Shown piece after piece: positions 62,301 through 64,000 of a stretch of DNA of 64,000 nucleotides. This stretch comes from Candidatus Omnitrophota bacterium (GTDB lineage: Bacteria; Omnitrophota; Gorgyraeia; Gorgyraeales; Gorgyraeaceae): NCBI GenBank assembly GCA_003485765.1, contig DNHS01000011.1, positions 9,929 through 73,928 of the forward strand, in the 5' to 3' direction. The stretch's first letter is position 1. Each line of letters opens with the position of its first letter. The translations under genes and the position numbers were made by a program. The notes below the pieces were generated by a model that saw nothing but the letters and a program-made list of their open reading frames with translations, did not search any database and was not told the origin of the DNA.

Positions 62301-64000
62301 TTCAGTATTTCAGTCCTTGCGCTAGTATCAGGCATTGTCCCAGTTATCTTAAAGGTTTTGTTTAGGATAGATATACCTGATTGGCTGCCATACCTTAATA
62401 TAGTGACTGTGCCACTAGCTGCATTCTTATTTGGATTAGCTATTTCTATACAGCATACGCTTGACTTGTTAAAAGATACGCTTCAAATCAGAGATGGGCC
62501 ATCAGCAATAAGATGGATTGATTCTCTCTTTAAAAAGAAAACTCCGTCACTTATTGCTGAATTTACAGAATCTGATCAAATTAAGCACGATTCCACCAGT
62601 TACATTGCCTATTATTCTCAAAAAGATAAATTGATCCATATAAGGCGCGAAGCTGTCGAGCAATACCAAGACTATATCCAGCGTCTTATCTACATTAAGG
62701 AAAAAACTCAGCAAGCTCTTAACCAGCCCAAGCTTCCTAATGAAATCATATCCTATGCAGTAATGATTTTAGCAATTGCGCCTGTAATGAGCTTGGAGTG
62801 GAATAGAGGAATTAGATATGCCAGCCTTGGAGCTATGTACTGGCGTCTTTATCAGCATAGCAGTATGCCAAAACATCTGACTGCCGCAATAATCTATTAT
62901 GAAGAGGCAATTAAAGAGGGTGTCTGGAAGAAAATTATCCCCCTGAAGATTCGGCAGGCTATAGAAACGAGAAATACCCCTTATGATAGCGATATGGGAG
63001 ATACTTCATGGCAGGATATAGAAGTATTTGCTGAAAGAGGCCGTGAGGCTATAAAAAATATACTTGGGCAATTAAAATCTGAGATTGAGGCATTTCAAGA
63101 AGCTATCTTCGATGGGCACATAAAATTAAAGTCAGTTGAGCAGTTTCGGCATATAAATAACTGGGTGCATAAGCTCTTTCTGATAGAGGTTGAGCTTCAG
63201 GATAATAAATCCCTTTCATTCTATCTTGTCTATCCAAAAAAAGGAGAAATGCGTGTTATTTTGAAGGGCCCAAAACGCATAATGGCTGATACAGGAAAGA
63301 CCCACCAGGAGCCAGATATTGAGATTAGTTCTCTTCAGAGATATTATGAGGAAATAGAGGATATTGTAGGATTTCTACAGAAGGAATTCAGAAATCCTAA
63401 TGTTTTTCTGGGAGAAGTTAGGTATCTTCGAAAAAAAAGAAGCGCGCAGGTTTTCTTTTCTATAAACTCAGAACATATACAACTTGCGCGAGCAGCTAAT
63501 CCGCTTATCAGTTTTTTGGCAGGGCAATTACCCGATACCTCGTTTGCCTTTCATTCTGCCATTTGCTGGGTAGATACTGAATCTATGGAAAGATATGACG
63601 GAATCGCAGGGGTGCGCTTTGTATACCTGCCTCGCAGCTGGCTTAGACAGCTTACGCCTAAAAAAATCGCAGATATAGGGCACGAATGGTTTCATATCAT
63701 ATGGACAGCATGGCTGAAAAAGGAAATAAAGATTAAAGAACGGCAAACAGGTGGGGCTATACTGCGAGAAGAGGAAATTAGCCATCTCTCAAGGATGGAT
63801 AGGCTGAGGGGATTTGCGTTAAAAGAAGAAGCGCTCTTATCTCTGAGAAAGTGGCTTGCATCAAGCTCTATTTACCGCTTTATTTTTGAGGAAGAAGAAA
63901 AAAATCCCGAAGAGTTCCGAAATGACTTAGCCGAGGAAATTATTGCGCAACTTATAGAGGCTATATTTAAAGGCGATGCTGCCATAGTCAAACCAGAGGA
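35394..64000 (+). CDS. Giant multidomain membrane protein, at least 9,535 aa, 3' end beyond the window
   Basis: ATG 35394 (MLDWQNKTWIKIISTVLIVAFLTYDIAWA, signal peptide-like). Manual translation found no in-frame stop, and the same frame reads ...IFKGDAAIVKPE at the window end. The ORF track lists no + ORF in this frame after 35394, as expected for a frame without a stop. Confidence 0.93.
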   Translation, partial: MLDWQNKTWIKIISTVLIVAFLTYDIAWATDFTPLQKKQYTSRSLFKNKKVDQTTISSQNEQSLETIKDALSHKKNNNTKDSIYHKDSTLSLKASYINDIANIYINDTLGKVIDSYTSPNSKGTVIHIQDLHTNPEASLNLANILEILIKDYDLNLVCSEGASGIVDTSSVSNFPDKDVREKVARVFINSGELTGEEYLSITKYPNLPIWGIEDKDTYFQHIIEFNKIIKFSKDALNLINQIKDELNNLKPKIYSKALLDLDSKEIEYQESKLDTTKYLEYLLNLAKEITSEATSKSSPRNDISLSNYKNITIFKETLNLEKTIDQSKIIKESQEILSSLQSILKDKDNKNELKSLSIKASLFKDKKISPFSFYSYLDELARRHIKDLDSYTNLINFVSYLKKINSLDSNKLFNEIEELTFDIKDLISDNPNQKLLTKALRNIHFLESFFNLKVSNEELEYYLKDKDSFKVTFFESYLKENLQKYNIDSFINYNPDLIDKNLPDLENFYGLAHKRDLAMFNNTTSEIETRKPKLTALIAGGFHTQGITKLLKDNNYSYVVISPYSKTTIDEENYRNLLAGKRKPLKELIKGLNEKLRPLMGFVNRGVRKDYNNQVPPTLRVLGIIIAEAQPLAERVTMLLAVAGGQTTEPVTTLAAIAPDLHTVVTSTESVLPDVRIEGIKPEVTATVPLAYSSADLTMTDPLEAVLPSATSTSRVEAAVVSLTDETSASYTTTTQVFAPPGAVTTTMQEQLAILPPEEVVTFTGPTIGRTSISTVTSAAALPKAKTVVSTVTTAVAGASVMFFQQQGTNEPFSTAFLLSAIAVGIISIALLVFVLWHSKRAQEIDEVEHFFNEEAYDSDSIIVPLDRGEIVKKAPFIIMTILAWIYFAAHLEMSHKFVWLLLIVSLGFYGGGVLSNIIEPLLSEHMESRDFKSLRGANPADLFQLANAIVSYGIIGYFMGPVMNLDTFPAIVLGIAVGLLFYRFHIYHHFIERYFKAYTKFKNDPYSIAITNGQPMPLWLSPLYKIYDVAFYILGIFEVLLPILAVKTLISPAMEGAILPLDSGSPQLALFAGTILASFKSAGTRISHWKSDLSAVLRTHVKLLPIVLIILASGLNLVFGVAMQSQGGGLQFELLFPILAFISAVSVFIWLSWKLPDGLPKPMIMFFAAAAAYIVVGYGLPLLIYNAHVFAYGLGVPGLPTPWPTGTPIPTLTPVPTWTPTMTPTATSTPLPTFTPVPSSTPFAPGSTLQPPLIDQSQGDFMGPVWSALAIAGFYMFMCVTALIEFGKSLSIRAKAGIVVIPVLLMWLAVYYLDPALALALNQLWSDLWLSLTTGLTGSLLEPGTSQLALSAGTTLAVSAALLGKTHKSIDEIEKVVLSGALEPGQRVELMLEMAGLLKAADNEAGGASDTGEQLPLFEAETLTSPARLVIETQEGKSLYDTAREKIVAPFLDALSGWIQVIQQGPTNMPKGLGRLVGDARNIFGLSEVIGHRSRQDLDTMWQKDKPDPFLLWTNWEQYKDTSDSKDILLRDAIAMRLWEMLIGLINTRLVKLEKDFLNEEAEHNLKDAELKLMDPNAKTIAHFPQMSSIRAQINGLAAARKAIVLSGPAELYKMLTAIKLGKSSEWTLTQRNHVKEFLNQHIDGGVYQIKLIRILEVLNEWQEEHFVVISAPSEMQPIALINQRLAALFDPATFAEGLRLVAATVTDAQGFTKRLAIVIQAVVGDGAGEKAQMNRKAIAIALVGLLEQSNPQTAIVLVAQTIRALVEDKPGLAYDLAGDLAGLSPERFNQVVDGNIEVLGNIMNALGWGQLPALNQSEAVINKMEQVELNADPIDALTSGPLDDVFFQQLNAELSPETRKTIRRIPSLAAFLLGLKPIFYNSRNNPNIHRVVLNMIEAPSVQKRLAAGQWSMSQSPWRGIILASRDWISQIDDVLKIALADANREALAKQVFDAAGEFFARTHGNPLTLEEQTQVLDTVNSQLATLPYDEVLEGVVCGIPLLDAVLFGVFRGLPETFHLPFGGLPSEFSIPNLRYFNQRFPAAPDYVVFTQFFAERLKKWDSKIAQAYGRMEHNGYSNSGSVYIDMVNPEIGMLRNQVEVILEAARKVGKSIKIWLRVKHRVSIDTNKLPEERRWLGDIVNRADGDSIEGILSALEKAGVDTSILPDDYNSRLNTYITTLAQLGKALVIDPTQEVSPQQGADFNEAFEQCRMALESAGFNGPPESEDLLIPSDMTDSYLIFERISARWNNLITSLASEVYNQTLKATNNPDAAWVAANLILTTNGAEGVSLTTSPLIIKDDTFNNASKLLSPLAHLGLVTASSILNLGAGDTLDISIVAAEAEPAPKLAYDANRKTGAALVMGARDGLPAEALEVFASDTRDNSLWATAAVEPVAVSKMHADVADDITVVSIDQNLPTADLVHDVLEALKLTLMVEGDADESAATLQQHEAHLLVEAKRVKDVREIAKKGAKDYVAEHLNTEVVIEEHTPSYVPLSTEDIENKSLRKAIGRINRELIARHPITAGVLAELYDIALGRKKDGVDEADSFRKLVTVIAEAMRQEAEKQPSPGTSPIEDFPVRLLLRDGECYFVTRRTMLTLPEFVSGVTQAHGVLLPQAVDWSIFAQHVWDSMILRGEALQAVVERAMVLQEAFLKETARSYTKTYGQSFQTVRTIQGLVEVPPDTYRFTDLYPDLLQTGDTLRQQLPSIDPVRRIIAGAKQPLETEADIERLVEQPAREVVRHLKRLGVQTDTANAYGSGLKRVSWEGPDGNFYITLLQRESYNIEALSTEPLQPKAPTDMVLEELSEWIGDRPQQLAKQYEAKLEALQEQHADNPEALANALEAFHAERQAALQKFAEEIFSKTIESLAAMSVDDQIAHTLANFITQWALAITGAYSVSATESHPQGRFLYPAGCLARGIEGLTRKMYQDIRREGLSCSFNRDKTRRTSVYPEAVSFALCPDEMFASGRTTAIDKFGPSKSKDNVTFVLDPEWVKANKGKFKLVGSVFDPSGPSRIRYSEGLELLGLEKHEYEVEVRVIGTDLFVGNRDEIHFISISQEQFEDIPPEAILGIIARPEKIIEMLQWDRELGLGSLPMFAWKREPYVRKLSLFDPDVEETNAQLALKVITEAKNRIAQAGDLETIRAMNDIFEFARKLGAVEIEGEEAGSCFTSEMGILALDENGWGIIEEMRKDASAFNHLRESDGYIQLLARLGEYDKVNGPGIYFNREAVLQREREQRYKVTKSYFVIKLYELLVSEFNLIDIDFYQTTFYKHPIVLEGGFRFASLMGPDELQVILTLIKKYMDSRFLSREGIREYIVKLMEDSGTQEFHEESLEMFTSGVDRDMLRALRSQPAVVPAPAGNDSETAGTGYFSGEKWADIFSGRSSQIKDNDLTAHYQERILRVVEDALRKNSLDDTDRAIFQAVANGLRQGAYYIYGFKGIVVGSNDYCLGLHSFNPGFSRLFLATDVMAELETVGGPELVDAYFLRLLQSSSSQRYNMSLENAMLRGFIDGERHFIELRGFKTPETERLAEETAREFLEYTVVREYLRASGVYQGFDLQKLCGFILDETTGAWQPPEIEGGRRLKLYVSASEDIEQLRREIRNGLWHVLRVTPRSIEGRLTSEAKKILPPEVIEQIERIGSWDLAKWTEDDFNAITLSGRAIYLKLLNPIRIGNETFEAVRLIGSVALELLPPLLIPHRRGRGLNIDSKGAIERGGFDPLGGLILEGALTETETLLLLRQAGYDVSYPCGHYRYPGQVFEGDETGFSVMLMHEGQEKRMFDQWGEIMNTSGFSRGRHVLGPIYKMGRFSRWIQENLGRTWPGQHYTNVSLTGAELRSVRFHDFKESKVLPDNIAQAVGLRFLDIAEFVMHNEYSIKMGADSEQAIERVATELKLAKAYLEGYFADLLNKPDPRIVNFLTEEEFPNTIEFIKSVMRNSIPSGEYYSVPIYQIKHPLIALLIELEEKRQSRRERLASPGGLGTSSDISSSVASSLMGVRNDSLRVIPLAEMTLRKVPKKPVEQGEPVSEEINTAVTAEAENAAAAAKAQKVDTVQAEAVVGNAIQSLIHLTNQVTNLINNMGEGKYASQPNALEGIQRQLKAVVERVVDVDKIPASTSGIDVVKGQIRTLEILLGFLEALEPGKSATGMAPEQADSPDSLANIISQLQIILAQFQAERVKLGNKIEEWRFQRSLTGLSGLEKFLGAVIALTAIIIAPFGIGYLAGGISGVVAVWFALFLLTVSWAPLDWFMKEDWKAGTVSLGIATLALLFLPKFGVSAADYLIYPWTAWMAIGMFRMILGGIRGNRNDFSAVEADAYQGIDFSQIAVNLRNSWPVRLLNWLTFSVIFPAIQLVSEQIRQALSDDEFKKQIAALGDTIVQSYQEAVTAGNALQETVKDVQGEMEAIQGEMGRLSINVETAGNEITGLFSQFKELEKLSQKLEDEIGQARQEVEKRWADALPAARAKAEQVKALHSQMSALADDSQVHIDRIHTFDHERKQALLARFSALRESIEKLNSGVAKTKEVLDALELQVQKSRNSLKQRNLAVAQQHVNTGKQLVALAEQLLEQVDKGVRDAELEWEPAITDDAVSQGQFEVNLEQEKEALRVDKQRMADLLLKAASLVEEMVIEKQVIRAETAHVITNARAAGGQLRRATMTMEESLEAIRLRSGGLSGEVDTAGQKLQEALDKLGKSRSAADKEIGNIIQARAKGDTALKEIGRFRDDLIGKRVDSKSVQTKLLELSLQVEQAQDAINTAGETAKALLPNQKIWNEALQAMMLVARTAHDVLSRQYERTRLAEERLTEAEAVNMSGSEEYQALIASGQAEKLAMASLNADIETMISRGLADIAESLLATRAQRALLIKTYTDWIASVKAARENMGQQLALFGEALERIDYLIEERKSQKALQLSLQAKFRQLEEELRPGEVTLEIRGEDWIRMIGDENLLRVLIEKNPFLRVDNIAYVLSNNGAPVILYIRIQVLSPDERIFRPIEVGFGFEARQETLRIAKERMQELRAISDPLLKLLEDMREQFGIPETAIKWEDSRSSVKGRMLVRRLPPAEEDKGIPIQDVFGYGILGAIEKSRQPEWVDQLIKAQETEPGSLLEEFVRFMESGRTTTDPRSRPGWASSGGWGSAMPAERKLQEVSLVTADSAVMHRPNVGWHNDAGRLWRRQGIGGLLPIFTRMFKAVGIDGLKRILFFQPLLEWLCFTVLPSSIAIYITGQPITSPEGLLIFGVVGVFMQIPFLLGHISDKRLLLPAALVAIGASLPGALLVLGFSLPLAVVALGPLIAHIAINSVFRIYLLSIDTLPSNSDAFSEISARAPPFVLRAIWLRLVINNVLKVISEDKKVILTGHNNYEAIKEVYYEIARRKPEALDKIYIRPKYITKNITPRVKAKLDKLKSKYPDTLPLNILINVTIIEGKDGIRIYRAPLLRELKNNEVYRLNLESSVQNGVGEFALRKENFPADDPERVIVCELAGRLVSGVITYIKEGDIPNTYNMLRDEFENKEVLLKGEVTLWCYWIFSRSITLWPKALIYFIGEWIKFISSGRRTPKPSWKKIKLRGLGSQTVDAVIEYVKHLKTIFGDDVQIVIAAYSRASEYYKFHAKVMIENENDYINKFFKQFNVIWGGHSGINYYPYAVVKKETEDKYNKAGFDELFAYLLWLKDKKYKLAEAHKYFGLFLIEHQEYRVFDDTIWFHCRNALAKGMVPVVGPVQLNSRPEDIEGGYANVPVFYRGEQRRQIITNSILNNEAIKNRLGDAEGAELRTIYDNIIDLAVQAIIDGEVNKEKLDKLCGDLRGRAPSNPEKIGEFLLDLYYLLRNENYFNLEKQTLLKIFTRLFAELIAPFRMTRPADVRYPAKMADNISKALDNSISRAETLIAKIGGEFRVKETKLSDIETTIEFVNETDKPFISCQKIRVSSEVEITQIRFEDGANVEIIAKGDAENRSYIMVDGSMSVTYPALKKVLEALGIEISKIEKIIITHADMDHAGGALNLARESEKPVYVHRDFQKILKSRFHYKANNQDEHLLDYLCTMVFKIMSDFREPDGIKNIFYYKESSVSREFGGLGFNMLAEEGFGDTKILVLEAGGHTQDGIIIMLTDNKYNPLGIISGDVCIPKTIKPEQARFVFTLQRLSGQLNLDEGTLKKTEEALLSVEGIRIWPGHGKSYMTGKRIDRDLSDAARMPLLQPFYDRFGSGWVGQALMPTLIESVLGGILFTTIINLLGTFIFGIPFSFGPPSQEILFGFFLLFHLLHLPGALAEVPGATNLQQLKFAFSGGKLLTTLPAFILVALGLLDPMSGLILHTILHFVENIFWRDINKHYRIVSRDLNSSWGRNLIEKQYESMEINSSLYQLFFILILPFYALKKLLQHVSVATIEGIKEACGQLSKGYSEAGKKLPQGFSYLDELEKDDIIATIKLVNPEVITPHEKAADASELYKVIAATGIFSWPRVLIFSQIKYDKKEDRFVKLDDSLLLDFIMDTPVPKFIIAEFFIRNFITPFLLFALNSRFSAVFVRRSILHSGFFSWPIIVAKAPTGSLYEYVIVDGTNRWNVARILGLELVPVQVVDYEAEEPATGKKLIKIGRWDMLARIKPSDWEEFKVFCKSERIGLFEMTDLNQSIGEFNGAPFARFCYVDENDKIAWYALGDPGDRSIINSGSHGFKKAFNLVYDYMLAKWIHEGIARDKIPNAHELDISKMQKGDLLILRPMLTKEEILASANTGAWIGVKTERHVLDGLIGRVVGGVAVPLTTLMGLDGSPDEVNMKLHNDLANARWVRFHKDSWLDRFYGESTLAPEFPFGIKTSLIFKDVSNGFVLQFKGYRDIGRLIFNLRNFFKLPWLAAALSSFAIVPFDNLNPSILLDSSTIESLFSINIIFVFLGIFALIILTLTPLNPIAGIGLYRLLQAPYKIAPQKFTTTLSRKQWEDFRNPHWIYSISNIFPSGVKMLAERFLWTTFVQQQVIRLILDEFRPEATAQSHFFGRLYSNLIINSIKLLRPKLLALNMISILAVMLFSPSGALFILSITVTVIASIIMFVYGEHLRARIVRRGFEVGQYAHLKENLPSDREMPLFHKAFDFLIEKSNVSIQKPGFFRDSGDLAIFHVMNVAERFAGRVKSMKQRYPDLNWILPGNLSGKDKGSNFEDELFAASMLHDIIESKQATLDEIEQRFGRRVRYYVQLLTKDDVDESLPPEELEREEAKRDRKYLEGLYSGIHKTPQKDKPWGLPCLLIKLEDRMSNIETIDAFKDEQGKSSIERQIEYLNETVSLMLFGHFAYLSICKDDGSLEKALLDDVLNNLKEKLYENYRRLETCGLSQEELKKLAFIKERLEAIERLAEFHGDIFKIGSISIPLTLDYVLLAEANFRYLNKEDANKRRQKELAVGNILEAYRLAGVSILHEARANWPLLEAVAIFDEAITCQAQLGKEDLNNAQEIFAKIAMLMEPSGFETQYKNIFINKRPQEEGLRYFVLINQPFGRERAILAVSTLLPVEDRDVKKALRRNLRASAGLRDVETPKAKVDKIRSYLKKVLNLLEICDENIEKTVDNVFNHMSSFTAERRQASLMKLSWLCKAWGEMSDLRIAKLQAAILLGNPLLHSAIFSKQQLPEEDLEIVKEIEEYAASYYRGGFKELMRQVFRRYFSRTLVNDELKSQYNELLALAGDDKFWDLLWECSEKEDLTPPDLNLLSVCINDCFSNLPIATSAQRKEVFEIISWAKMEGFLNEAVGLLSEKGIPRKGDIRHPLLVLLLSYLQNPTEERKALLIGVLKELAQPETHIKVSEVETMFKTDLAPLISLAEENETIGKALKIAHKAYNGRFFLGGAQRYIDHAMLYAAHVLKLAKELDLPLSIQENLICAALLHGLEQDIDGIKTYLISEGELDKTAAEHIAKLATKVRDVTKIPYFPPESGTYFIYNHMNLIIQEAASPEVMLLAFCDRLASISVVGNIPSNLKQYADYVIREAKQIYIPLAERLGLSSVAGELRERIFFLEQRDVYLATRERLLKYEMFGRGMDYEEAKRRWEEDERLQLENELKNLETRVPGLIIETLSLRTKNIYSIREKTQRKPDEYPGPESERDIFGIKILINSRDYLARVLEFLSNRYGVKTVGAEEKHRLYKVYHLNLQDEQGRYIEIQIFWDKAEYLKERTGEYAHWVKKASEETGEKFSPDKVENDMGKLVPIELTGDFFEDFNAIHGSPVIRNWVYVVYHPDGRALRLKRGATSADFASLPRIDRFDANFSGITIAKTSLDLISPREIQDEEEQALLIYHDMISVAIREHLERGLNNEISPGAEILSFKKKNEYLLGSEGEKRKAEIERTAKHLRTILLLRLLSLSKPAEFRAEKIERGKKALARTLGIDIKRDFQMRTFLRPLVYQYDLADADELYICLALAEEGDRAIKERLFDLSDIREMAKNIGQEILEKEKIQLMDKDLTNFNFESKEQLYIALATGQIETSEIIKRRTSNKDLFVKNMFEKQISFDWAAFRRGEDTSLKILAGAFIDTEQYVLLYDLKIIKGKHIIIKNANISNPRDFVLLELVIGMLKDHGAKVTVSGLQLAYLDTPEGRLHTVILKGIIERLSKGTHDFKKASKTRRITPKPDQILCLGAQKQGLAQTLAEKFNIGYAEVSVTPSADEWPLVTLPELQKNLKHVMLVADSATDEDVLKIQLTVALLKAKGVKEVIIVDPYIRYSRQHHFEVNKIGQAGSNSFKTFLDILDGFSGGDFRVSALFGANIHAVKYDDKTGDRILAVGGYTGGIDVIDIDVLPEVAKYFVQKFNLGPKKLFVMATDKGSNFYAQNVVNFLRTLGLDVEFVYVKKIRISETKVIFEKQIFRKIQGEEAEIDLDELKEADVLVTDDELRTGGTLRELCDLLMKDLEIGRVFVGFTHAIFSKGPEASRDMFNDLLEQGRMAASNSVISVTERNEVLPEKINVDRYIVDSIYSHIGSNSSANNLKQLTHHIIPSELFSISVLALVSGIVPVILKVLFRIDIPDWLPYLNIVTVPLAAFLFGLAISIQHTLDLLKDTLQIRDGPSAIRWIDSLFKKKTPSLIAEFTESDQIKHDSTSYIAYYSQKDKLIHIRREAVEQYQDYIQRLIYIKEKTQQALNQPKLPNEIISYAVMILAIAPVMSLEWNRGIRYASLGAMYWRLYQHSSMPKHLTAAIIYYEEAIKEGVWKKIIPLKIRQAIETRNTPYDSDMGDTSWQDIEVFAERGREAIKNILGQLKSEIEAFQEAIFDGHIKLKSVEQFRHINNWVHKLFLIEVELQDNKSLSFYLVYPKKGEMRVILKGPKRIMADTGKTHQEPDIEISSLQRYYEEIEDIVGFLQKEFRNPNVFLGEVRYLRKKRSAQVFFSINSEHIQLARAANPLISFLAGQLPDTSFAFHSAICWVDTESMERYDGIAGVRFVYLPRSWLRQLTPKKIADIGHEWFHIIWTAWLKKEIKIKERQTGGAILREEEISHLSRMDRLRGFALKEEALLSLRKWLASSSIYRFIFEEEEKNPEEFRNDLAEEIIAQLIEAIFKGDAAIVKPE
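35760..37130 (+). other. Giant ORF domain: N-terminal ChaN/Tiki/EreA-like domain
   Basis: IHIQDLH (35769), SEG (35868), WGIED, RDLAM (36936), LIAGGFHTQG (37002), SYVVISP. Confidence 0.55.
36255..36300 (+). repeat. In-frame GAGATT...TCGCAATGACA palindromic-element remnant
   Basis: GAGATTACTTCG...CCTCGCAATGACA, translated EITSEATSKSSPRND. Confidence 0.6.
38994..39122 (+). repeat. Pro/Thr-rich linker in the giant ORF
   Basis: PTPWPTGTPIPTLTPVPTWTPTMTPTATSTPLPTFTPVPSSTP between TM helices. Confidence 0.85.
44130..44630 (+). other. Giant ORF domain: ADP-ribosyltransferase-like fold
   Basis: LARGI...IRREGL...VSFA...FVLDP...DEIH...IPPEAILGI (R-S-E arrangement). Confidence 0.5.
46380..47120 (+). 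other. Giant ORF domain: protein kinase-like / SelO-like fold
   Basis: SGRA, VRLIG, PLGGL..EGALTE, P.G.Y, HYTN (46878), HDF (46929), AYLEGY. Confidence 0.45.
47321..47406 (+). repeat. GC-rich GAGATT...TCGCAATGACA element with mini-hairpins, embedded in the coding frame
   Basis: Same termini as 36255-36300; internal stems GCCC/GGGC, GGAC/GTCC, CCC/GGG; ends in RND codons. Confidence 0.6.
48450..50170 (+). other. Giant ORF domain: long coiled coil following a TM bundle at 48000-48300
   Basis: About 570 aa rich in A/E/Q/K/L heptads with few Pro. Confidence 0.7.
53200..53920 (+). other. Giant ORF domain: metallo-beta-lactamase fold hydrolase
   Basis: IMVDG, THADMDHAGG (H at 53361), GGHT, SGD, PGHG. 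Confidence 0.85.
54660..55800 (+). other. Giant ORF domain: ParB/Srx-fold, SerK-like
   Basis: PHE (54693), WPIIV, YVIVDGTNRW (D at 55050), LGLELVPVQVVDY, TKEEI, KTERH (55596). Confidence 0.65.
56620..57220 (+). other. Giant ORF domain: HD hydrolase of the RelA/SpoT/Mesh1 type
   Basis: RDSGD...HVMNVA, AASMLHDIIES (H at 56868), TLDEIEQRFG..V...V.LLTK, IKLEDRMSN. Confidence 0.8.
58810..60790 (+). other. Giant ORF domain: long RelA/SpoT homolog (degenerate hydrolase, synthetase, TGS, helical region)
   Basis: AALLHGL, IYIPLAERLGL, RTKNIYSIREK (59559), DIFGI, YKVYH, EIQI (59802), AHW, LKRGATSADFA, ERGKKAL, LYIALATG. Confidence 0.82.
61200..62240 (+). other. Giant ORF domain: ribose-phosphate pyrophosphokinase (Prs)-like
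   Basis: PYIRYSRQ (61461), NIH, TDKG, KKIR, DDELRTGGTL (61971), THAIF, SNSV. Confidence 0.82.
63560..63960 (+). other. Giant ORF domain: HExxH zincin-like metallopeptidase motif
   Basis: IGHEWFH (H at 63681) preceded by a beta-strand (FVYLP), with a distal AEEIIA. Confidence 0.5.

Noticed and set aside
35846-63785. Dozens of short ORFs (mostly - strand) listed in the ORF track
   Set aside because: They are antisense or out-of-frame shadows of the giant + strand ORF and carry no recognisable motifs.
35300-64000. Possibility that this region is non-coding, pseudogenised or uses an alternative genetic code
   Set aside because: One frame is open under the standard code, and upstream genes end normally in TAA, TAG or TGA.

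Overview
The window is AT-rich bacterial DNA, probably Candidatus Omnitrophota (inferred from gene style and the giant ORF). Positions 1-35257 are mostly + strand housekeeping genes: oxidoreductases, a MarR-TolC-MFP-RND efflux operon, rlmN, radC, four tRNAs flanking a LAGLIDADG-like ORF, a PTS cluster, metK, ahcY, lptFG, comF, miaB, miaA and hflX. A ~3 kb islet (AbiEi-like antitoxin, nucleotidyltransferase, metallophosphatase, P-loop kinase) appears to be inserted in the 5' end of miaB. A family of gene-end palindromes recurs five times. From 35394 to the window end there is one uninterrupted + strand reading frame of at least 9,535 codons, which the ORF track omits because it has no stop in the window. 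By manual translation it encodes a signal peptide and a ChaN/Tiki-like head. Membrane bundles follow (two with CPBP-protease-like motifs, one LspA-like), separating cargo domains: ADP-ribosyltransferase-like, SelO/kinase-like, long coiled coil, metallo-beta-lactamase, ParB/SerK-like, HD hydrolase, long RelA/SpoT, PRPP synthetase-like and HExxH. It reads like a multi-effector polyprotein. All domain calls are by eye and need HMM or structure confirmation.
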